64,000 nt of DNA from assembly GCA_030041175.1 (NCBI GenBank), contig JASHOK010000055.1, forward strand, positions 4,171 through 68,170. The letters are read 5' to 3'. This stretch comes from Thermoplasmata archaeon. GTDB taxonomy: Archaea; Thermoplasmatota; Thermoplasmata; Lutacidiplasmatales; UBA184. The first letter of the stretch is position 1. The number at the start of each line of letters is the position of its first letter. Both the position numbers and the translations under genes were made by a program. This document shows positions 58,390-64,000 of the stretch, in pieces. The notes under the pieces are model-generated. The model did not search any database and was not told the origin of the DNA. It was given only the letters and a program-made list of their open reading frames with translations.

Positions 58390-58685
58390 CGTCGTGCCCT
58401 CCGGGTGGGTCTACCGCTCGGTGCCGCCGACGCACGGTCAGAGGTTCCCGGGGTCGCCGTTGTCTCCGTCCGTGTGCGCAGGTCGAGGAGAATCGACAGG
58501 AAGATCGTCTCCGTGAGGTCCGGCGTGCCGCCGTACGTGGACTGCGGGATGTACCGGCGCACCGAGGTACGGAGGTCCTCGAGTGCCGCACGCTCCTGCG
58601 GCGTGGGCAGGAGCGCCGCGAACCGGTCCCACCGCTTCAGCCGTTCCTCGAGTGCCTGCCGGTAGGTGGGAGCGGTGCGGCCCAT
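58323..58685 (-). CDS. Small PolB2-associated protein (arCOG07300-like)
   Basis: MGRTAPTYR...W..F...L N-terminus; sits between the RadA-like gene and polB2. Confidence 0.78.
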   Translation of the reverse strand: MGRTAPTYRQALEERLKRWDRFAALLPTPQERAALEDLRTSVRRYIPQSTYGGTPDLTETIFLSILLDLRTRTETTATPGTSDRASAAPSGRPTRRARRWRKAGYSTSPTDATASRSSSG

Positions 58686-59515
58686 GGGTTCACCTCCTCG
58701 GTCGCGTCGGCGGGAGCGAACTCTTCCAGGCCCCGCTGACCGGGCGGCCGATACACCATCAGCAGCCGTCGACCCTCGCGGACCGACCCGAGCTCGACAC
58801 CGACTGGTCGGGGGATCAGACGGATTAGGTCGGAGAACCGGGGACCGGCCTCCGAGAGCCCCGGGAAGGCCACGAGTCCGCCCGCCACCGTCAGCAGCAG
58901 CGGAAGGCCGGTGCCCTCGACGAGGTCGGCGAGCCGTTCCGACACGTACCGCAGCAATGGCTCGCGTTCCTCGGGGGGAAGTTCTTCCGGATTGTCGAAC
59001 AGCGTCGGCAGTTCGTGCCCGATGAGTAGCGTCGGGCGGTGACGGCGGGCCTCGGCCGACCAGCCATCCACCAGGGCGACCAGTTGGTAGGCCGTGAATG
59101 CCCGGGCGAGGTGGATCCCGTCGAGGACCGGGTCGGGTTCGAGTCCCAGCGCCTGCCCCTGTTCGACGATGCGGTAGGGATTGAATCGGTTCGCACCCTC
59201 GACCAGCGAGATTCGGCCGTGGGCAAGCGCGTTCCCGGCGTACAGCAACTCCAGTAGCCGGTCGATGGCGTACGGGGCGCCGGTCCAGACTGTGGCCTCA
59301 CCGGGAGCAAACCGTCGTCCGAGCCAGCCGAACAACGCCGGCGCTTCGGGGAGCACCCGCCGGGCCGGGAGCCGGCGGCGGAACCGCACCGGCACCTGCG
59401 GTCGGGGCCCGGCCGGTCCGGCCGGGGCCGGCGTCGACCCCGGAGCCGGCACTAGGTCCGGGACCGCCCACTCCGAATGGCCCACGGCGAGCGTGGCCGC
59501 CACTCCTCGAGACAC
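58637..59515 (-). CDS. Inactive RadA/RecA-like (ImuA-like) protein
   Basis: VEGANRFNPY, IHLARAFTAYQL; Walker A degenerate; QRGLEEF tail. Confidence 0.8.
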   Translation of the reverse strand: MSRGVAATLAVGHSEWAVPDLVPAPGSTPAPAGPAGPRPQVPVRFRRRLPARRVLPEAPALFGWLGRRFAPGEATVWTGAPYAIDRLLELLYAGNALAHGRISLVEGANRFNPYRIVEQGQALGLEPDPVLDGIHLARAFTAYQLVALVDGWSAEARRHRPTLLIGHELPTLFDNPEELPPEEREPLLRYVSERLADLVEGTGLPLLLTVAGGLVAFPGLSEAGPRFSDLIRLIPRPVGVELGSVREGRRLLMVYRPPGQRGLEEFAPADATEEVNPWAAPLPPTGRHSRNG

Positions 59516-59553
59516 GGATGAAACCTCGAGCGGAACGAGCGGTTTGGTCGCCT

Positions 59554-59605
59554 CTTAAGTCGCCCTTCGGGGGACTTGAAACGCCCCGTCACACCGGCGT
59601 TTCAA
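59554..59605 (-). promoter_or_regulatory. TATA-like box and 10-bp inverted repeat upstream of the polB2 operon
   Basis: CTTAAG at 59554-59559; TTGAAACGCC-N10-GGCGTTTCAA at 59576-59605. Confidence 0.55.
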
Positions 59606-59623
59606 CGGCACTTACGCGATCAA

Positions 59624-60562
59624 CTAGCTCCGACGGAGCAATTCGGCCGCGAGCAGTACCTCGGTACCAGCCAGACCCTCGGAGAGGAACAGGGTGCGTT
59701 CGGCCGGCGCGGTGCGTCCCGGTGTCCGCCCGGCAACAATGTCGGCGAGGTCGACGATCCGGTTCCACGCCGACGTGTTTTGGAGGAGGTTCGGCTCGTC
59801 GTACCCGGTGAGCTGCCGCGGAGAGTCCGTGGCGATGCGGTCGGCCTGCTCCGCTACCGCGGTGTCGATCTCGTGTGATGTCACGGTCTTGCTGCCCATC
59901 GTCGTCACGTGCGTGCCGGCCCGTACCCAGCTGGCGTCAAGGACCGGCTGGCCGCTCACGGTGGAGCAGATGACCACCGGCGACGACTCCACCACCTCGC
60001 GTGCCGTCGCGCACGCCTCTGCTTCCAGGCCGTACGCGTCCCGGGCCGCGCGTGCGAACTTCTCTCGGTGGGCCGGGGTCGGGCTGAACACGCGGAGCCG
60101 CTTCAGCGGCAGCACAGCTCGGGCCGCTTCGAGCTGGGCGCTCGCCTGCAGGCCGGAGCCGAGGAAACCGATCCGGTCGGCGTCGGGAAGGGCGAGGTAC
60201 TTGAGGGCCACACCACCGATCGCAGACGTCCGGAGAACACCGAGTCGAGTCCCGAGCACGGTACCTTGCAGGGTGCCCGTCCGGGAATCGAAGACCATCG
60301 TAGCCTGTGTCCGGTCGGGGTGCACACCTCCGTCCTCGCTCGCGCCGGGAAACGTGTTGTACACTCGGAAACCGACGACGGACGACTGGGCGGTGTCGCC
60401 TCCGACGGTGAAGACGAGGGCTCCGGTGGGGAATCGCACGTAGTGCCGTGGGGGTGCTTGCAGCCGGCCGTCGCTCTTCGCCTGGAAGGCCTCCTCCATG
60501 ACCCGGATCGCGTCGGGCATCGGCAAGAGACGGTCGACGTCCGCGTCGACCAATGTCTTCAT
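59624..60562 (-). CDS. Ornithine cyclodeaminase/mu-crystallin family protein
   Basis: LRTSA, GSGLQA, HVTTMGS, FLSEGLA; ATG 60562. Confidence 0.9.
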   Translation of the reverse strand: MKTLVDADVDRLLPMPDAIRVMEEAFQAKSDGRLQAPPRHYVRFPTGALVFTVGGDTAQSSVVGFRVYNTFPGASEDGGVHPDRTQATMVFDSRTGTLQGTVLGTRLGVLRTSAIGGVALKYLALPDADRIGFLGSGLQASAQLEAARAVLPLKRLRVFSPTPAHREKFARAARDAYGLEAEACATAREVVESSPVVICSTVSGQPVLDASWVRAGTHVTTMGSKTVTSHEIDTAVAEQADRIATDSPRQLTGYDEPNLLQNTSAWNRIVDLADIVAGRTPGRTAPAERTLFLSEGLAGTEVLLAAELLRRS

Positions 60563-60663
60563 CGCCTCCACGAACCGGGACAGCCGTGGCGGTCCTTCAC
60601 GGTTCCGGAGCCGGCTTGGAGCCGGTCGCATAGCCTATCCGATGTAGCCTTCTCCCGGCTTCA

Positions 60664-61338
60664 ATGACCGGCTCTGCTCCCCCGGACTCCGGAAGTCTCG
60701 CCCGGCGCGATCGGACAGCCCTTACCTTCACCGTGGTCGGGACCGTAGCCTACGCGGCTCTGGACGTACTCGCCCAATCGCTTCCGCCGCACTACAGCCC
60801 GATCTCGCAGGCGGAAAGCGACCTGGCCGTCGGACCCTACGGCTACGTGATGACGATCAACTTCGTCCTTCGGGGCCTGATGGGCCTCGCCTTCCTGCTG
60901 GGGCTTGCGGGTACGACCCGGCTCGTCCGCGAAGCCCGTGTGGGGACGGCCCTGGTCGCGGTCTGGGGCGTCGGCGCGCTCCTCCTCGCCGCGTTCCCGA
61001 CGGATGTTGGCCCGCCGCTGACGGTACACGGGGCAATTCACATCGTGGTCGCCTTCCTCGCCTTCGCGGGCGGGTCGATCGGAGAGCTGCTGCTCTCGCT
61101 CCACTTTCGGGAGGAGGCTCGCTTGCGCGGCTGGGCGACCGGGGCCACCGCGGTTTCTGTTCTTGCGATCGTGATGATGCTCGTCTACTTCACCGGCGAC
61201 AAGATCCACCGGGTCGCCCCGTTCTCGGGCCTCCTCGAGCGCGTGTTCATCGGACTCGTGCTGCTCTGGATGCTCGTCACCGCGATCCAGCTCCTCCGGT
61301 CGGGCCGCGTTGCCCGCTCTTCGGCCGCGGCCGGGTGA
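60664..61338 (+). CDS. DUF998-like membrane protein
   Basis: YSPISQAESDLAVG, AAFPTD, HGAIH, GLLERV; about 6 TM. Confidence 0.8.
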   Translation: MTGSAPPDSGSLARRDRTALTFTVVGTVAYAALDVLAQSLPPHYSPISQAESDLAVGPYGYVMTINFVLRGLMGLAFLLGLAGTTRLVREARVGTALVAVWGVGALLLAAFPTDVGPPLTVHGAIHIVVAFLAFAGGSIGELLLSLHFREEARLRGWATGATAVSVLAIVMMLVYFTGDKIHRVAPFSGLLERVFIGLVLLWMLVTAIQLLRSGRVARSSAAAG

Positions 61339-61345
61339 GTCTGGC

Positions 61346-62116
61346 GTGGAGATACTCGGGCTGGACTGGATTGGAACCCGTACCCCACGCTTCCCGGAGA
61401 CCGTCGCATTCTTTGGGCGCAACCTGGGATTACCGATTGGGCTCGAGCGGGACGACTTCGTCCGGTTCGACTTACCCGACTTCTCGGCGGTCGAAGTGTT
61501 CGGCCCGGGCGACCGGGATCACGGCTACTTCACCACGGGTCCCGTTGTCGGCTTCCTCGTGCCGGACGCCCAGGGGGCCCGGGACGAGCTGAAGGCCGCG
61601 GGACTGGAGTTGCTGGGGCCACTCTCGGGCGAGGCCTCCGGTGTCCGATGGCAACACTTCCGGGCTCCGGACGGGTACGTCTACGAAGTCGTCCAGCACC
61701 CGAGGCGCCCGGGCCCCCGGGGCGGCGTCGGTCCCCTGGGCATCACTCACATTGCCTGGTTCGGAACCCGAAGCCCCCAGTACGCAGCGATGCAGGCGTT
61801 CTTCGGGAAGACCCTGAGCCTCCGGCTCGTCGAAGAGCTCCCCGGGCTCACCGAGTACGCTCTACCGGACGGATCGTCGGCGGAGGTCTTCCGGCCGGGC
61901 TCCTCGCTCGATCATCCGCACTTCTCGACGGGACCGGCCCCGGCGTTCGGCGTCACGGACATCGAAGTGGCGATGCGGGCTCTCGAGGCCCAGGGCATCG
62001 GGCTGATCGTGAGCAAGGTGCGGGATACGGGCGGCTGGGCCCACTTCCGGGCCCCGGACGGCAACGTGTACGAGGTGAAGGGCCCCCGACAGGGCGCGGG
62101 CGCCCCCTCCGCGTGA
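61346..62116 (+). CDS. Duplicated VOC/glyoxalase family protein
   Basis: Two internal repeats ending HFRAPDG.VYEV. Confidence 0.88.
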   Translation: MEILGLDWIGTRTPRFPETVAFFGRNLGLPIGLERDDFVRFDLPDFSAVEVFGPGDRDHGYFTTGPVVGFLVPDAQGARDELKAAGLELLGPLSGEASGVRWQHFRAPDGYVYEVVQHPRRPGPRGGVGPLGITHIAWFGTRSPQYAAMQAFFGKTLSLRLVEELPGLTEYALPDGSSAEVFRPGSSLDHPHFSTGPAPAFGVTDIEVAMRALEAQGIGLIVSKVRDTGGWAHFRAPDGNVYEVKGPRQGAGAPSA

Positions 62117-62120
62117 CCGT

Positions 62121-62888
62121 TCACTCGAACGAGATGTCGGAGCGCAGATACGCCCGCGTGGCGAGGGCCAGGATGACCACCGCTTCGACGGTGAGGATCA
62201 GCAGTTCGTAGCCATCCATCGCTGTGAGAGAACCGGTGTAGCCGCCGCGCACCGCGTTCGCGACGTAGGTCAGCGGATTCACCCAGAACATCGCGCGGAG
62301 CACGAACGGCAGGCTGTTGCTCAGCGGGTAGAACACCGTGCTCGCGAAATTGACGACGAAGAGGACCAGGATCTGGATGCTGTTGTACGTCGTGTTCGAC
62401 TTGACCAACGCACCGAGGAGGAGCATCAGCCCGCCGAAGAACAGCGAGCCGAGCACGATGGTCCCGAACATCACGGCCAGCGAGAAGGGCAGGGTCGGGA
62501 TCGACCCCAGCAGCCCGAGGGCGACGACGAGCATCACGGCCGCACCGCCCAGTCCGAACAGCACGGAGGCGAGGATGATGCCGAGGAGATACTGGAACCG
62601 GGTGAAGGGGCCGGACAGCAGCTGGGAGAGCATGCCGTATCGTCGGTCCGCCCAAAGCATGCTCCCGCCGACCGTGCCTGCGAGAAGCACCTGGAACGAC
62701 ATGATACCGGGCGCGAGGAACGCCAGGTAGGCGTGACTCTGGCCGTCCGCCGATGCCAACGATCCGAATCCGAAGCCGAAGAAGATGAGGTACATCCCGG
62801 GGAGACCGACGAGGATCACGAGGCTCCCCGGGTCGGTGTTCACCCGGATGTTCCGGTAGATCAGCCGGAAGAGGTTAGGCAGTGCCAC
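62121..62888 (-). CDS. ABC-2 type permease
   Basis: YLAFLAPGI, STVFYPL, NPLTY; GTG 62888. Confidence 0.9.
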   Translation of the reverse strand: MALPNLFRLIYRNIRVNTDPGSLVILVGLPGMYLIFFGFGFGSLASADGQSHAYLAFLAPGIMSFQVLLAGTVGGSMLWADRRYGMLSQLLSGPFTRFQYLLGIILASVLFGLGGAAVMLVVALGLLGSIPTLPFSLAVMFGTIVLGSLFFGGLMLLLGALVKSNTTYNSIQILVLFVVNFASTVFYPLSNSLPFVLRAMFWVNPLTYVANAVRGGYTGSLTAMDGYELLILTVEAVVILALATRAYLRSDISFE

Positions 62889-63876
62889 GCAAGCCCTCCG
62901 AATGCCCGACCGATTGGAGGAAGACATCCTCCAGCGTGTTCCCCCGGACGTTCAGCCACTCGAGCTGGACCCCGAACGACTGGGAAAGGTGCGCGATCTC
63001 GGACAGAACCCCCTTGGTCTCGTCGCTCAGGATGACGCCCTCGTTCCCCCGCACGGTGACGGTCGCCCGGGACGCCAGCCGGTTCCCGAGCTCCCGGAAG
63101 AAGCCGGGAACATCAGCGCCGGAGACGGTGAGGTCCACGGTCTTCTTGCCGCCGTAGAGCCGCTTCAGATTCTCGACGGAGTCGAGCAGCAGGATCTTGC
63201 CCTCGTCAATGACAGCGACCCGGTCGCACAGGTAGTCGGCCTCCTCGAGGTTGTGCGTCGTAAAGACCACCGTGAGACCGCGCTGCGCCTCCGACCGGAT
63301 GGAATCCAGGAGCGTGTGGCGCATGATGACGTCGAGACCCACGGTCGGCTCGTCGAGAAAGAGGACGTCCATGTCGTGCATGAACTCCCGAGCGACCTGG
63401 ACGCGGCGCTTCTGTCCGCCCGAGAGGTCGAAGGCTCGGCGTTTCCGGACGTCGTCCAGGCCGAAGCGTTGGAGCAGTTGCTCCCGGCGCTTCACGCGCT
63501 CCGCCTTGGGCAAGCCCCACAGCACGCCGTAGATGTCCAGGTTTCCCTGGACCGTCGAGAAATCGAAGGACTCTCCCTGCTGCACCACGCCTACACGGTT
63601 CCGGATCCTCTGCCCGTCTCGGGCCGGGTCCATGCCGAGGATCCGGAGGGTCCCCGACGTCGTCTGGATCAGGGTCGTCATCGCCTTGATGAGGGTCGAC
63701 TTGCCGGCCCCGTTGCGGCCGAGCAAGCCGAAGATCTCCCCTCGGCGCACCGAGAAATTCACTCCATTCAACGCGAAGTGTTTCCCGTCGTAGGTGTGCC
63801 GCAGATCCTGAGCGAAGATCACCGGCTCCGGGCCCCCGGGGGACCGAGGAGACGACGGAGGATCGGGCAGCGCCAT
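62875..63876 (-). CDS. ABC exporter ATP-binding subunit
   Basis: GRNGAGKST, LSGGQKRR, LFLDEPT, TTHN. Confidence 0.93.
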   Translation of the reverse strand: MALPDPPSSPRSPGGPEPVIFAQDLRHTYDGKHFALNGVNFSVRRGEIFGLLGRNGAGKSTLIKAMTTLIQTTSGTLRILGMDPARDGQRIRNRVGVVQQGESFDFSTVQGNLDIYGVLWGLPKAERVKRREQLLQRFGLDDVRKRRAFDLSGGQKRRVQVAREFMHDMDVLFLDEPTVGLDVIMRHTLLDSIRSEAQRGLTVVFTTHNLEEADYLCDRVAVIDEGKILLLDSVENLKRLYGGKKTVDLTVSGADVPGFFRELGNRLASRATVTVRGNEGVILSDETKGVLSEIAHLSQSFGVQLEWLNVRGNTLEDVFLQSVGHSEGLRGTA

Positions 63877-64000
63877 GGGGGCCGGGTGTCTCCCGCCCCC
63901 GCAAAAGGTTTCGGGAGCGGCAGGGCCCCCCGGACGGTCTACCGAGCGACCGGGGACGAAGGCCCGGTCGGCAGCGATCAGGGGACCAGCTTACCCGCAG

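Noticed and set aside
1-64000. Genome-wide TAG reassignment (e.g. to pyrrolysine)
   Set aside because: Many full-length genes (pstS, pstA, phoU, carB, Lsm, ssb, trpS) end in TAG at plausible positions; only one internal TAG was found and there are no pyl genes in the window

Overview
GC-rich archaeal chromosome segment, most consistent with Thermoplasmatota (Thermoplasmata). Archaeal markers are rpS15 (S15P/S13e) followed by a DHH gene, Lsm-rpL37e, archaeal-type TrpRS, ArcS, PolB2, and TATA boxes about 25-30 nt before many starts. It also carries bacterial-like gyrA, fhs, folP, acnA and carAB. I identify about 60 CDS and one tRNA-Val(UAC), with no CRISPR array, rRNA or recognisable mobile element. 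Main points of interest: (1) a ~13 kb phosphate/polyphosphate cluster (AbrB-PhoU, pstSCAB, phoU, orphan N4-C-type DNA methyltransferase, CHAD, Ppx, a tandem thymidylate-kinase-like pair resembling heteromeric PPK3, SixA, HAD); (2) a RadA-like/small protein/PolB2 mutasome-like operon with a perfect inverted repeat upstream of its promoter; (3) a coupled HEAT/double-GNAT/GT-B operon whose last gene resembles the bacterial EF-P rhamnosyltransferase EarP; (4) an amidohydrolase frame interrupted by one in-frame TAG; (5) an arcS stop codon lying inside tRNA-Val and ending on G15; (6) a REC-DUF835-like-wHTH response regulator. All calls come from reading motifs by eye; no searches were run.
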